A stretch of 64,000 nucleotides of DNA, from the NCBI GenBank assembly GCA_002347565.1, contig DDXR01000049.1, forward strand, positions 42,302 through 106,301. The letters are read 5' to 3'. Source of the stretch: a bacterium UBP2_UBA2255 (GTDB taxonomy: Bacteria; Edwardsbacteria; AC1; EtOH8). A model generated the notes under the pieces. It was not told the origin of the DNA, did not search any database, and saw only the letters and a list, made by a program, of their open reading frames with translations. Shown here piece after piece: positions 1 to 9,797 of this stretch (positions are counted from its first letter, which is position 1; each line of letters begins with the position of its first letter). Both the position numbers and the translations under genes were made by a program.

Positions 1-744
1 AAGCTGGCCGAGGGCGCCGACGGCCTGGTGCTGGACGTCAAGACCGGCAGCGGGGCCTTCATGCGCCGGCCCGAGGACGCCCGGGCGCTGGCCGAGACGA
101 TGGTCGCCATCGGGAACGGCCTGGGGCGGAAGATGCGGGCGGTGATCACCGACATGAGCCAGCCGCTGGGGCGGACGGTCGGCAACGCGCTGGAGATCGG
201 AGAATGCGTCGAGTGCCTGCGGGGCGACGGCCCGGCCGACCTGATGGCGGTCACCTACGAGCTGGGCGCCGAGATGCTGGTGATGGGCGAGCGGGCCGCC
301 GACCTGGATGCCGCCCGCCGGGCCCTGCGCGGCATCGTCGACTCCGGCCAGGGCCTGGAAAAGTTCCGCGAGATGGTGGCCGCCCAGGGCGGCGACCCCG
401 CCGTGGCCGACGAGCCCTCGCGACTGCCGCAGGCACGGCTGGCGGTCGAGGCGCCGGCCGAACGGGACGGGTTCGTATCGGCGATGGACACCCGGGAGGT
501 GGGCATGGCGGCGGTCGGGCTGGGCTGCGGCCGGCTGACGATGGAGGATGCGATCGACCATGCCGCCGGATTCGTCTTCCACAAGAAGATCGGCGACCAG
601 GTGGCGCAGGGCGAGCCGCTGGTGACCGTGCGCGCCAACGACCGGCCCCGGGCCGAGGCGGTTGCGGCCAGGCTGTCCCGGCTGATCCGGATAGCGCACG
701 AACCGCCGGCAATCCCCGAGCTGATACGGGAGCGGCTGCCGTGA
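1..744 (+). CDS. pdp: Pyrimidine-nucleoside/thymidine phosphorylase (5' truncated by window edge)
   Basis: Frame open from base 1: KLAEGADGLVLDVKTGSGAFM, DMSQPLG.TVGNALE and the C-terminal KKIGD.V..GEPL are PyNP/TP motifs. Confidence 0.93.
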   Translation, partial: KLAEGADGLVLDVKTGSGAFMRRPEDARALAETMVAIGNGLGRKMRAVITDMSQPLGRTVGNALEIGECVECLRGDGPADLMAVTYELGAEMLVMGERAADLDAARRALRGIVDSGQGLEKFREMVAAQGGDPAVADEPSRLPQARLAVEAPAERDGFVSAMDTREVGMAAVGLGCGRLTMEDAIDHAAGFVFHKKIGDQVAQGEPLVTVRANDRPRAEAVAARLSRLIRIAHEPPAIPELIRERLP

Positions 745-1511
745 GACGGCTGAGGGGAGCTACGGTGATGATCACCGGAGCCTCCAGCGGCTTCGGGCTG
801 GCCTGCGCCCGCGCCTTCTCCGCCCGGGGCGCCCGCCTGATCATCGCCGCCCGGCGGCGCGCGCGCCTGGCGCAGCTGGCACGCGAACTGGGGCGGAGGC
901 GCGGCGCCGAAGTACGGACGATGATGCTGGACGTCCGCGACCGCCGCGCGGTGTCGACGGCCGTCGCTCGGCTGCCGCGCGGCTGGAGGAACATCGACAT
1001 CCTGGTGAACAATGCCGGGCTGTCGCGCGGACTGAACCCCCTCCAGACGGGCGAAGTCCGCGACTGGGAGGAGATGATCGACACCAACGTCAAGGGCCTG
1101 CTGTACGTCACCCGCGCCGTGCTGCCCGGCATGGTCGCGCGCGGCCGCGGGCACGTGGTCAACGTCGGGTCGATCGCCGGGCACGAGACCTACCCGTCCG
1201 GCAACGTCTACTGCGCCACCAAGGCCGCGGTGCGCGCGCTGAACAAGGCGCTGCGGATGGACCTGTCCGGCGCCGGCGTCCGGGTCACCAGCGTCGACCC
1301 CGGCCTGGCCGAGACCGAGTTCTCGGTGGTCCGCTTCCGCGGCGACCGGGAGCGGGCGCAGAAGGTCTACCAGGGGCTGCGGCCGCTGGACGCGGCCGAC
1401 GTCGCCGAGGCCGTGGTCTGGGCCTGCGAGCGCCCCGCCCACGTCGACATCGAGACCATCGTGATCATGCCGACCGCCCAGGCATCGGCGACGATCGTCC
1501 ACCGCACATGA
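741..1511 (+). CDS. NADP-dependent short-chain dehydrogenase (YdfG-like SDR)
   Basis: GTG start overlaps the pdp stop (GTGA); TGASSGFG, LVNNAG, YCATK, VDPGLAETEFSVVRF. Confidence 0.9.
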   Translation: MRRLRGATVMITGASSGFGLACARAFSARGARLIIAARRRARLAQLARELGRRRGAEVRTMMLDVRDRRAVSTAVARLPRGWRNIDILVNNAGLSRGLNPLQTGEVRDWEEMIDTNVKGLLYVTRAVLPGMVARGRGHVVNVGSIAGHETYPSGNVYCATKAAVRALNKALRMDLSGAGVRVTSVDPGLAETEFSVVRFRGDRERAQKVYQGLRPLDAADVAEAVVWACERPAHVDIETIVIMPTAQASATIVHRT

Positions 1512-1537
1512 TCGAAACACCACACGCAGGGGAATGA

Positions 1538-2176
1538 ATGAAGATCATCGGGGTCACCAGCCTGGCCATCCCCGACGTCAAGGTGATCCGCTACCAGCGG
1601 TTCGCCGACCACCGGGGCTACTTCACCGAGACCTACCGCCGCAGCGACTTCGAGCGCCTGCCGGAGCTGGACTTCATGCGGGGCGTCTCGTTCGGCCAGT
1701 GCAACGAGAGCCGGTCGCGGCCCGGCACGGTGCGCGGCCTGCACTTCCAGTGGAACCCCTACATGGGCAAGCTGGTGCGCACCACGTCCGGCCGGATGGT
1801 GGACCTGTTCCTCGACATCAGGAAGGGATCACCGACCTTCGGCCAGGCCGCAGCCTGCGACCTGCCCGACGATCCCGCCGCGCCCCACGGCGAGTGGATC
1901 TGGGTGCCGGCCGGCTTCGCCCACGGCAATTACTTCACGGCCGAGAGCCGGATCGAGTACTTCTGCTCCGGCGAGTACAGCCCGGGCTGCGAGGCCGGCA
2001 TCTCGCCGCTGGCCGCGGACCTCGACTGGTCGCGGTGCGACCCGGCGCTGAAGCGGGAGTTCGACGCGCTGGCCGCCGCCGGCGCCCTGATCACCGACAA
2101 GGACCGCGACGGGTTCACGCTGGCGTCCTGGCAGGCCGACCCCCGGTCCGACAACTTCATCCACGGGAAGTGCTGA
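1538..2176 (+). CDS. rmlC: dTDP-4-dehydrorhamnose 3,5-epimerase family
   Basis: F.DHRGYFTE, Q.NES.S.PGTVRGLHFQ, KLVR, DIRKGSPTFG, WVPAGFAHG. Confidence 0.9.
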   Translation: MKIIGVTSLAIPDVKVIRYQRFADHRGYFTETYRRSDFERLPELDFMRGVSFGQCNESRSRPGTVRGLHFQWNPYMGKLVRTTSGRMVDLFLDIRKGSPTFGQAAACDLPDDPAAPHGEWIWVPAGFAHGNYFTAESRIEYFCSGEYSPGCEAGISPLAADLDWSRCDPALKREFDALAAAGALITDKDRDGFTLASWQADPRSDNFIHGKC

Positions 2177-2180
2177 CGCG

Positions 2181-3290
2181 GTGCTGTCGTTCCGCTGCAC
2201 GGTGATCGGCGCGGGCGCGGTCGGCTTGGCCGTGGCCCGCGCGCTGGCATCGCGCCACCGCGGCGAGAACGACGTGCTGGTGGTCGAGCAGGGCCGGTCG
2301 TTCGGCACCGGGATCTCCAGCCGCAACAGCGAGGTGGTCCATTCGGGGCTCTATTATCCCAACGGCAGCCTCAAGCACCGGCTGTGCGTCGAAGGGCGGC
2401 GCGCCCTGTACCAGTACTGCGAGGCCAAGGGCGTCCCGTTCAACAAGTGCGGGAAACTGGTCGTCGCGGCCGATGCCGCCGAGGAGCCGGAGCTCGATAT
2501 CCTGTTCGAGCAGGGCCGCCGCAACGGGATCGAGAACGTCGAGCGTCTGACCGGCGGACAGGCGGCGGCGCTGGAGCCGGACGTGCGGGCCAGCGCGGCG
2601 CTGTTCCTGGCCGAGACCGGCATCTTCGACACCCATTCCTACATGAAGGCGCTGGAATCGGACATCGCCGCGGACAACGGGACCGTTTCGTACGACTCCG
2701 AGGTGGTGGCGCTCGAGCGCAGCGGCTCCGGGTACGTGCTGCGGCTGCGCTCCGGCGAGGAGTTCGGGTCGGCGATCGTGGTCAACTGCGGCGGGCTGGG
2801 CGCCCCGGACATCGCCCGAATGGTGGGGCTGGAGCCTGAGGCCATGCACCCCTGCAAGGGCTCGTACTTCGCCTACTCGGGCGGACACCGGGTCACCCAC
2901 CTGGTTTACCCGATCCCGGAGAAGGGGTTGACCGGCCTGGGCGTGCACGCCACCATCGACCTGGCCGGCCGGCTGCGGTTCGGGCCGGATGTGGAGTACG
3001 TGGCATCGACCGACGACTTCACGGTGGACGAGCGCAAGCTGGAAGCGTTCCAGGGCGCGGCGCGGCGGCTGTTCCCCGCCATCGACGCCGCCCGGCTGGC
3101 GCCGGACCAGGCCGGGGTCCGCCCCAAGCTGCAGGGGCCGGGCGATGGCGAGGTCCGGGACTTCGTCATCCGGGACGAGATCGGCCGCGGGTTCCCGGGA
3201 TTCGTCGACCTGCTGGGGATCGAGTCGCCAGGCCTGACGGCCAGCCTGGCGATCGGGGAGCAGGTGGCTGTTCTCCTCGAAAAGGCATGA
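2181..3290 (+). CDS. FAD-dependent oxidoreductase, L-2-hydroxyglutarate oxidase (LhgO) family
   Basis: VIGAGAVGLA FAD motif, SSRNSEVVHSGLYY, LGVHATIDL.G..RFGPD, GIESPGLTASLAI. Confidence 0.88.
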   Translation: MLSFRCTVIGAGAVGLAVARALASRHRGENDVLVVEQGRSFGTGISSRNSEVVHSGLYYPNGSLKHRLCVEGRRALYQYCEAKGVPFNKCGKLVVAADAAEEPELDILFEQGRRNGIENVERLTGGQAAALEPDVRASAALFLAETGIFDTHSYMKALESDIAADNGTVSYDSEVVALERSGSGYVLRLRSGEEFGSAIVVNCGGLGAPDIARMVGLEPEAMHPCKGSYFAYSGGHRVTHLVYPIPEKGLTGLGVHATIDLAGRLRFGPDVEYVASTDDFTVDERKLEAFQGAARRLFPAIDAARLAPDQAGVRPKLQGPGDGEVRDFVIRDEIGRGFPGFVDLLGIESPGLTASLAIGEQVAVLLEKA

Positions 3291-3301
3291 CACCTCCCTT
3301 G

Positions 3302-3329
3302 ACCCTCCCCGAAAGCGTTCGGGGAGGGT
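3302..3329. repeat. Perfect 12-bp GC-rich hairpin (REP-like element or possible terminator) after the LhgO-like gene
   Basis: ACCCTCCCCGAA-AGCG-TTCGGGGAGGGT; no U tract. Confidence 0.6.
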
Positions 3330-3359
3330 AGGGTGGGGTCAAGATATTGCATTAAGTGC

Positions 3360-3388
3360 TTGACAAATCAGGCATTCTGATGTAAAAT
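3360..3388 (+). promoter_or_regulatory. sigma70-type promoter of the polysaccharide locus
   Basis: TTGACA (3360-3365), 17 bp spacer, TAAAAT (3383-3388). Confidence 0.8.
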
Positions 3389-3394
3389 ATCCCA

Positions 3395-3583
3395 GAATTA
3401 TTAATCCAAGGGAGCGTACGGGCGAGAGCGTTAAAGTCGGCGGTTTTCGGACATTCTGACATACCTTCGAAAGCTCGGGATTGCTCGAAACCCCGCTTTG
3501 GCGCCCCGTATCCAAGCTTCTTTGGAGACAAAGGATCGCGTATTCCTTTGCCGGGCGCCGTTTAGCGGCCGCCCGGTTTTTTT
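3395..3583 (+). ncRNA. Structured leader RNA or sRNA (attenuator/riboswitch candidate)
   Basis: TCCAAGGGAGC (3405-3415) pairs with GCTTCTTTGGA (3516-3526), enclosing TACGGGCG/CGCCCCGTA and further inner stems; small hairpin at 3529-3550; terminator follows. Confidence 0.5.
3551..3583 (+). terminator. Intrinsic terminator within the leader
   Basis: CCGGGCG-CCG-TTTAG-CGG-C-CGCCCGG followed by T7. Confidence 0.8.
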
Positions 3584-3760
3584 ATCCTATGAACTGCAGT
3601 GCATCGAGCAGCCCGCCGCAGGTCGAGTGGCCGCCATCTCGATATGAACCGGTATAGGTTCTACTCGATGTGCGGCTGTATCGAGACCCGGCGGGCATAT
3701 CGAGAGGCGCGGCCAACAACTATCACCGGAGAGAACATGCCTAAACACAGGGATTTGATC

Positions 3761-4690
3761 ATGAGACATCGCATCATTGTTGTCGCATCGATAGCCTTGA
3801 TGCTCGTCCTGGCCGTGCCGGCGTTCTCCCAGAAGACGATCATCCCCCAGATCGGCCTGGACTGGACCCGGGAGCGACCGGCGATCAAGGTGCAGGTGCT
3901 GGGCCAGGTGCGCAACCCCGGGCTCCACACCCTGCAGGCGTACGACCGGCTGGCCAGCGCCGTGGGCGCGGCCGGCGGGCCGAACGAGCAGGCGTCGATC
4001 CGCTCGGTGATCCTGATGCGCGACGGCAAGGCGATCGATACGCTCGACCTGTACCAGTACATGACCCAGAACGACCAGTCCCAGAACCCCGAGGTCAAAG
4101 ACGGGGACATCGTGTTCTTTCCCCTGGCCACCAACATGGTCACGGTCTTCGGCCAGGTGTTCAAGCCGGGGAAGTACGAGATCAAGCCGGGCGAGCGGCT
4201 GATGGACCTGGTCATCATGGCCGGCGGTTTCACGCCATTCTCGACCCGCGAGGACATCAAGGTCCAGAACATAGCCCGGCCGGACAGCGTGATAAGCATC
4301 AACGTCAAGCGGTTCGCCCTGGACCGCGACCCGGCGTTGAACATCGAGCTCAAGGCCGGCGACATCGTTACCGTGCCGACCACCCCGACCACCGTTACCG
4401 TGGTGGGACAGGTGCAGAAGGGCGGCACCTTCCCGTACGAGCCGGGAACGCTGCTGTCGTACTACCTGGGCATGGCCGGCGGGTACGCCGAGCGGGCCAG
4501 CACCGGGAACATCCGCATCAACCGCTGGGGCGGCAAGACGGTCAAGGGCAGGGAGAGCACCATCATGGAGCCGGGCGACGTGGTTGTGGTGGGGGAGATG
4601 CAGATCAAGGGCTGGCGCGACTACATCAACCTGATCGCCCAGGTGGCGACCACGGGTTTCATTGTATGGCAAGTTGCACGGGTACAATAG
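3761..4690 (+). CDS. SLBB-domain polysaccharide export protein (Wza/KpsD-like)
   Basis: Signal peptide MRHRIIVV..AFSQ; three SLBB repeats (V.VLGQVRNPG, VTVFGQVFKPG, VTVVGQVQKGG, each followed by AGG); alternative start at 3737. Confidence 0.85.
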   Translation: MRHRIIVVASIALMLVLAVPAFSQKTIIPQIGLDWTRERPAIKVQVLGQVRNPGLHTLQAYDRLASAVGAAGGPNEQASIRSVILMRDGKAIDTLDLYQYMTQNDQSQNPEVKDGDIVFFPLATNMVTVFGQVFKPGKYEIKPGERLMDLVIMAGGFTPFSTREDIKVQNIARPDSVISINVKRFALDRDPALNIELKAGDIVTVPTTPTTVTVVGQVQKGGTFPYEPGTLLSYYLGMAGGYAERASTGNIRINRWGGKTVKGRESTIMEPGDVVVVGEMQIKGWRDYINLIAQVATTGFIVWQVARVQ

Positions 4691-4698
4691 GAGGGACT

Positions 4699-5898
4699 AT
4701 GTTCAACAGCTTCTACGACGTCCTGGTGGTACTGGTCAAGAACCGGCGGATGATCCTCTGGAACACTGCTGGATTCACGGTCTTAGCTCTCGTACTGAGC
4801 CTGGTGATTCCTAACAAATATAAAGCCACGGCCACCTTGATGCCTCCGGTTTCACAAGGATCGAACAATTTAATGTCGATGGCGTTGCGGGGGAATTTCA
4901 TGTCCGCTGATCCCGAGATCGGCGGCACCGGGTTCATGCCGGGCATGGTCACACCATCGGACGTGTTTGCCTTCATGCTCGAGAGCGGTACTGTAGCTGA
5001 CATCGTCATCCGGGAATGCGATTTGGTCAACCACTACAAGCAGACGAAAACCTTCGTTAATAAACAGGACAAGGCGATGTACAACATCGCCAAGAAACTG
5101 AAGAAAGCCACCAAGGTCAAGGTCACGGACGAACGGTTCATCATCATCACGGTCGAGGACAAGAGCAAGACCAAGGCGGCCGAGATCGCCAACAAGTACG
5201 GCGAGGCGCTGGACCGGGTCTACGCCAAAATGACCATGACCCAGGGCGGCAAGATGCGGGAGTTCATCGAGAGAAGGTTGGGGCAGGAGGAACTCCTGCT
5301 GCGACAGACCGAGGACTCACTAAAACGGTTCCAGCAGCGTTACCGGACAATCTCGTTGGGCGACGAAATGAAGGCCGTTATCGAGATGTCGGCCACGCTG
5401 GAGGCCAAGATCATCAGCCAGAAGATCGAGCTGGACGCCATCAAGTCGTACGCCACAGCGGACAATACCCAGGTGAAAGTGATGGAGAACCAGATCCAGA
5501 AATCTCAACAGGAGCTGAACCAGCTGGTCGGCGGCAGCCGTGGCAACACGCTGTTCGTCTCGTTCGCCAAGGCCCCCGAGATCGGTGCCATGATGGGCCA
5601 GCTGACCCGGGATGTGCGGATCCACCAGGAGCTGTATGCGCTGCTGGTGCAGCAGCTGGAGCAAGCGAAAATATTGGAGGCCAAGGATACGCCCAAGGTT
5701 CAGTTCCTGGAACGCGCGGCGCCGCCGTACCGGAAGAGCTGGCCCAAGCGGTCGCTTCTAACGGCACTGGGATTAATCGCTGGACTGGTGAGCAGCATCG
5801 TCGCGATACTGGTGGCTCGCAGAATTGAGGCGTTCTTGACGGATTCCGGCCGCAGAGGTCAATTGGCGGAATTCAAGAAGATGCTTACAGCCAAGTGA
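4699..5898 (+). CDS. Polysaccharide co-polymerase / chain-length determinant (Wzz/GumC family)
   Basis: RBS GGAGGG; N-terminal TM then Y.ATATLMPP; coiled coil; C-terminal A.PP..KSWPKR then TM. Confidence 0.88.
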   Translation: MFNSFYDVLVVLVKNRRMILWNTAGFTVLALVLSLVIPNKYKATATLMPPVSQGSNNLMSMALRGNFMSADPEIGGTGFMPGMVTPSDVFAFMLESGTVADIVIRECDLVNHYKQTKTFVNKQDKAMYNIAKKLKKATKVKVTDERFIIITVEDKSKTKAAEIANKYGEALDRVYAKMTMTQGGKMREFIERRLGQEELLLRQTEDSLKRFQQRYRTISLGDEMKAVIEMSATLEAKIISQKIELDAIKSYATADNTQVKVMENQIQKSQQELNQLVGGSRGNTLFVSFAKAPEIGAMMGQLTRDVRIHQELYALLVQQLEQAKILEAKDTPKVQFLERAAPPYRKSWPKRSLLTALGLIAGLVSSIVAILVARRIEAFLTDSGRRGQLAEFKKMLTAK

Positions 5899-5920
5899 TG
5901 CGACTGGAAGTACAATCGCC

Positions 5921-7282
5921 GTGCCCTTCTATCGAGCGATGATGAAACGATTTCGGCACACCGTTGCTATTGCCTTGGGGTCCGCCCTGCTGCTGCTCGC
6001 TGTCTTTCAACAGTGGATCGTGCTGGGACTATTGTTCGGCATTAGCATCGCAGTGTCGCTTTTCTTAAAGATGCACACCAGACCGGAAATCATCCTTACG
6101 GTTTGCATGATACTTGGATTTGCACCTTCGCCATCGCGGTATTTCGGGTATGTGCTTTTTATGCTTGTCGCATTTGAACTGCTGTCTCGTCGCGGACCGA
6201 ATGCTCCGTGGAGGAACACGATTGATGTCGTTACTGTCGCCTGGTCTTGCATTGTTCTGTTTGGTCTCTTAACCGTACCACGGTGGCAGTTGCCTTTGGA
6301 AGGAATACAGTGGTCGCTGTCATTAGGATTGATGCCTCTTATTACTTATCTCATGGTCGGAGGTGGTATTTTGCGACCTGAGGAGTTGCGATGGATATTG
6401 GACAGGGGATTGCCGCTCGTATTTTTGTTCGTTGTTGGTGAGACACTTATCGCTGCGATAATCATCGCTGTTCAACAGCAATCCCTCAATAACTGGGTAG
6501 GTATTTATAGTTTTAGGAAACTGATGATACCGGACAATGGCAGCAACAGGCTGGCCGCACTGCTCGTCTTTATATCGGTGTTCAATTACACCAAGAACGT
6601 CACATGCCGCCGTGAGATGGCAAGTGAAACAAGAACAGTGATAGTATCGCTCGTAGCATTGGGACTGTCATTGTTGATCATGTCGCGCGGAGCGATCGTC
6701 GGCCTTGGTGTCGCAATAGCGGCATTCGTGTTGGGAAAGATTATCAAAGATAGACGGATCAGCGTAGTGCCGATAATTGTAATGATGCTGGTCCTATTTG
6801 TGGTTGCGAAGCCCTTCATTGATGAAGTAATATTCCGAATGCAGAACGTTCGATTTGACATGTCAACGCTCTATCGTCTCGGCATGTGGCAGCAAAGCAT
6901 TCTGTCTATCGGCAGGAACCTGGTGATCGGGTCGGGGCCCGGTCAACGGTCGTACGATATCATGAACGAGCAGCACGAGGACCCCCATAACATGGTGCTA
7001 CGCTATGGCGTAGAATACGGCGGCATAGCGGCACTGCTGATAGTGGTCATCCTGCTCTACCCGGTGATCCTTTACATAAGGCTGTTCCGCCGCGACCCTT
7101 CGTACGCGAAAAAACTATTTCTTGTGTTCAGCCCCGCGTTACTCGGTGTCACCGTTCACGCCCAGATGGATTTTGTGATAACGTCAAAGAGTTTCGGCCC
7201 GCTTTATTGGTTGGTTTGGTCGATGCAATTGCGGGCATTGCGAGACCATGATGACGGACGACTGATCAATACGTCGTCGTAG
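5921..7282 (+). CDS. O-antigen ligase/polymerase family membrane protein (Wzy_C)
   Basis: Many TM segments; SRGA, R..MW, G.GPG, PHN..L....E.G motifs. Confidence 0.8.
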   Translation: MPFYRAMMKRFRHTVAIALGSALLLLAVFQQWIVLGLLFGISIAVSLFLKMHTRPEIILTVCMILGFAPSPSRYFGYVLFMLVAFELLSRRGPNAPWRNTIDVVTVAWSCIVLFGLLTVPRWQLPLEGIQWSLSLGLMPLITYLMVGGGILRPEELRWILDRGLPLVFLFVVGETLIAAIIIAVQQQSLNNWVGIYSFRKLMIPDNGSNRLAALLVFISVFNYTKNVTCRREMASETRTVIVSLVALGLSLLIMSRGAIVGLGVAIAAFVLGKIIKDRRISVVPIIVMMLVLFVVAKPFIDEVIFRMQNVRFDMSTLYRLGMWQQSILSIGRNLVIGSGPGQRSYDIMNEQHEDPHNMVLRYGVEYGGIAALLIVVILLYPVILYIRLFRRDPSYAKKLFLVFSPALLGVTVHAQMDFVITSKSFGPLYWLVWSMQLRALRDHDDGRLINTSS

Positions 7283-7289
7283 TATTGCG

Positions 7290-8549
7290 ATGAAAGCCTA
7301 CAGAACTATTTGGGAAAACCTGCTGTCGTTGCTGGGTCTCCAGGTCGTTAATTACCTGCTGCCGTTGGTGTCTTTCCCGTACATCGTGCGAGTTGTGGGG
7401 ATCGATGGATTTGGGTTGTTCTCATTCATATTTTCGATAAACCAGTACTTTGTCATTCTAACCGATTACGGATTTAACCTGACAGCGACGCGTGATATTT
7501 CGATAGCTCGGCATGAACCGCAAAGGGTCTCGGAGATATTTTCGGCAGTGATCATCATTAAGTCTTTGTTCTTGCTTGCCAGCATAATATTGATGACCGG
7601 CGCAGTGCTGATGGTCCCAAAACTTCACGAGCATTGGACGTTGTACATGCTGTCGATGCTCAGCGTACTAGGGAATGTTTTATTTCCGGTATGGTTCTTC
7701 CAAGGCGTCGAACTTACCAAATACATCGCGGTCATCAATGGCGCAGTTAAACTGGTAGCAACGGCCTGTATCTTTTTATTTGTAAAGGTGGGCAGTGATC
7801 TCTCGGTGTTAGTGTTCATCCAGTCAGTTGGCGTTGTCGTGGCCGGTGTGGCATCGCTTCTCCTGATCTGGCGGCAGCGATCGGTGCGATTGGTGTGGCC
7901 GAGCAGCGGGACGATCACGCGGATGATGCGGTCCGGTCGCGAAGTGTTCCTGACGATCATATCCTCGACCTTGGTCAACAACACCAACATATTTTTACTC
8001 GGCATGTTAACGGACAACATGACGGTAGGGTTCTTTTCGATCGCCGATCGGATCGTTCGGGTGTTCATATCGCTTTGCGCACCGGTCAGCACCGCAATAT
8101 TCCCTTACGTGAGTAAAGGCTTTGGCGAAGATCGAAAGAAGACGATGTCTTTCCTGCGGCGAGTATTGACCATCGGGGGGTTAGCTTTCGGTTGTTTTGT
8201 AATGGTCCTATTGATTGCGCCGGACCTGCTGGTGCGAATCGTCACCGGCAGTGATTCGTCGCGGATAAGCCTGCTGGTAAGAATCATGTCTGTGGTGCCG
8301 CTCAGCATATTCATTGACAACCTATATGGAACACAAATATTGATCAACGTCGGAAGGACATCTGATTTTCTCAAAGCGGTCTTCATTCCTGGTGTGTTAT
8401 CAGTATTGGCCGCTTTGGTAGTGTACCCTGTCTTTAAGGATCTCGGGGCGGCAGTGGTATTCACTGTCGCTGAGCTGATGATCTTGGTATTCATGATTCA
8501 CTATGTGCGAGGGCAGCAGCTGTACCTGGTTCGGGATGGGTGGTTATGA
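7290..8549 (+). CDS. wzx: Wzx flippase (RfbX-like)
   Basis: NYLLPLVSFPYIVRV.G...FG, DYGFNLTATR.I, P.WFFQG.E. Confidence 0.9.
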   Translation: MKAYRTIWENLLSLLGLQVVNYLLPLVSFPYIVRVVGIDGFGLFSFIFSINQYFVILTDYGFNLTATRDISIARHEPQRVSEIFSAVIIIKSLFLLASIILMTGAVLMVPKLHEHWTLYMLSMLSVLGNVLFPVWFFQGVELTKYIAVINGAVKLVATACIFLFVKVGSDLSVLVFIQSVGVVVAGVASLLLIWRQRSVRLVWPSSGTITRMMRSGREVFLTIISSTLVNNTNIFLLGMLTDNMTVGFFSIADRIVRVFISLCAPVSTAIFPYVSKGFGEDRKKTMSFLRRVLTIGGLAFGCFVMVLLIAPDLLVRIVTGSDSSRISLLVRIMSVVPLSIFIDNLYGTQILINVGRTSDFLKAVFIPGVLSVLAALVVYPVFKDLGAAVVFTVAELMILVFMIHYVRGQQLYLVRDGWL

Positions 8550-9793
8550 AGATCGCCGTCTGGCACAACCTGCCGCATGGTGGAGGGCGTCGCGCCCTGC
8601 AGGACCATATCGCCGGACTTGCCTCGCGAGGGCATACCGTCAAAATCTGGCAGCCATCGGATGTGGCGCCACTCAATCTGCGAAAGGGGATAGCAGCTGA
8701 GCTCACACTTGTCGATCATCATTCCACATACCGGTCGGATGCTCCCTCGCCGAGAGGACTCATGCGACTGGTGGCGTATCAGCAGACCATTGCGACCCTC
8801 AATCGGAACGCGGCCGTAACCGCGTCGATGATACACCGGTCCGGTTGCGATGTACTCTTCGCCAATACCTGCCGGTTTATGGGTTCCCCGTTCATTGGAA
8901 GGCATGTGGAAATACCCTCGCTGCTGTACCTACAAGAGCCGTGCCGCGTACACTATGAAGCTATGCCTGAGAACCCATGGGCGGCCCCAGGCAGATTGAC
9001 ACGTGCCGGGAATTCGGCTCATGCGCTCGCCCGGCGTATGGAGAACGCCGTCAAGGTCTATGCTTACCGGCGAAAAGTGCGCGAGGAGATTGAGAACGCG
9101 CGGTCGTACCACCGAATCTTGGTCAACTCGTGCTATAGCCGCGAAAGCATCCTACGGGCTTATGGCATTGAAGCATCTGTGTGCTACCTGGGGGTTGATA
9201 CCGAGTTGTTCCATATGCAAGGTTCCCCGAATCGCCTGCACATGATCCTGACGGTCGGATCGGTCACCCGGCTGAAGCGCATCGATGCGGTTCTTGATGC
9301 TTTGGCCCTGGTGAGGCATCCGAGGCCGCGGTATGTGATCGTCGCCAGTACCTACGATGAGGATTATTGCCGGGAGCTCGTGAGGAACGCATCAAGGCAC
9401 GGCATCGAGTTCGAGTTGCGACGGAACGTCCCAGACGATGAACTTGTATCGTTGCTCTGCCGGGCCAAGGCGGTCGTGTACGCACCACGATTGGAACCGT
9501 TCGGGTACGGACCTCTTGAAGCCAACGCGTGCGCCACACCTGCGATCGGTATTGATGAAGGCGGGCTGCGGGAGACAATCGTCAACGGCGAGACTGGTGT
9601 GCTCGTCGAAAATGAACCCCGACATATCGCAGATGCTATCGAGATGTTGTGCCAGGACAGAGAGGCTCGCGAACGCCTCGGCGCACGAGGCAGAGAGTAC
9701 GTTATGGAGCGGTGGACGCTCCAGGCCGCGAACGAAAGACTCGCGGCTCATCTGGATCAGATCGTGGTACGATTTCCCGCAGGTGGAAGATGA
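8546..9793 (+). CDS. Glycosyltransferase family 4
   Basis: ATGA overlap with wzx; MKIAVWHNLPHGGG, EPFGYGPLEANACATP. Confidence 0.88.
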   Translation: MKIAVWHNLPHGGGRRALQDHIAGLASRGHTVKIWQPSDVAPLNLRKGIAAELTLVDHHSTYRSDAPSPRGLMRLVAYQQTIATLNRNAAVTASMIHRSGCDVLFANTCRFMGSPFIGRHVEIPSLLYLQEPCRVHYEAMPENPWAAPGRLTRAGNSAHALARRMENAVKVYAYRRKVREEIENARSYHRILVNSCYSRESILRAYGIEASVCYLGVDTELFHMQGSPNRLHMILTVGSVTRLKRIDAVLDALALVRHPRPRYVIVASTYDEDYCRELVRNASRHGIEFELRRNVPDDELVSLLCRAKAVVYAPRLEPFGYGPLEANACATPAIGIDEGGLRETIVNGETGVLVENEPRHIADAIEMLCQDREARERLGARGREYVMERWTLQAANERLAAHLDQIVVRFPAGGR

Positions 9794-9797
9794 CGCT

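Noticed and set aside
204-740. N-terminal extensions in the ORF track (SDR from 204, asnB from 21455, wecE from 28243, K from 52257, 56858, 9438, ispG from 42089)
   Set aside because: They overlap upstream genes or promoters; family motifs begin at the downstream starts used here.
3395-3583. Known riboswitch (c-di-GMP-I, T-box) or ops/JUMPStart in the leader
   Set aside because: Only partial resemblance (CCTTCGAAAG..GGGA; GAGAGC); GGCAAA/GACGCAAAG, TGGNACC and GGCGGTAG are absent.
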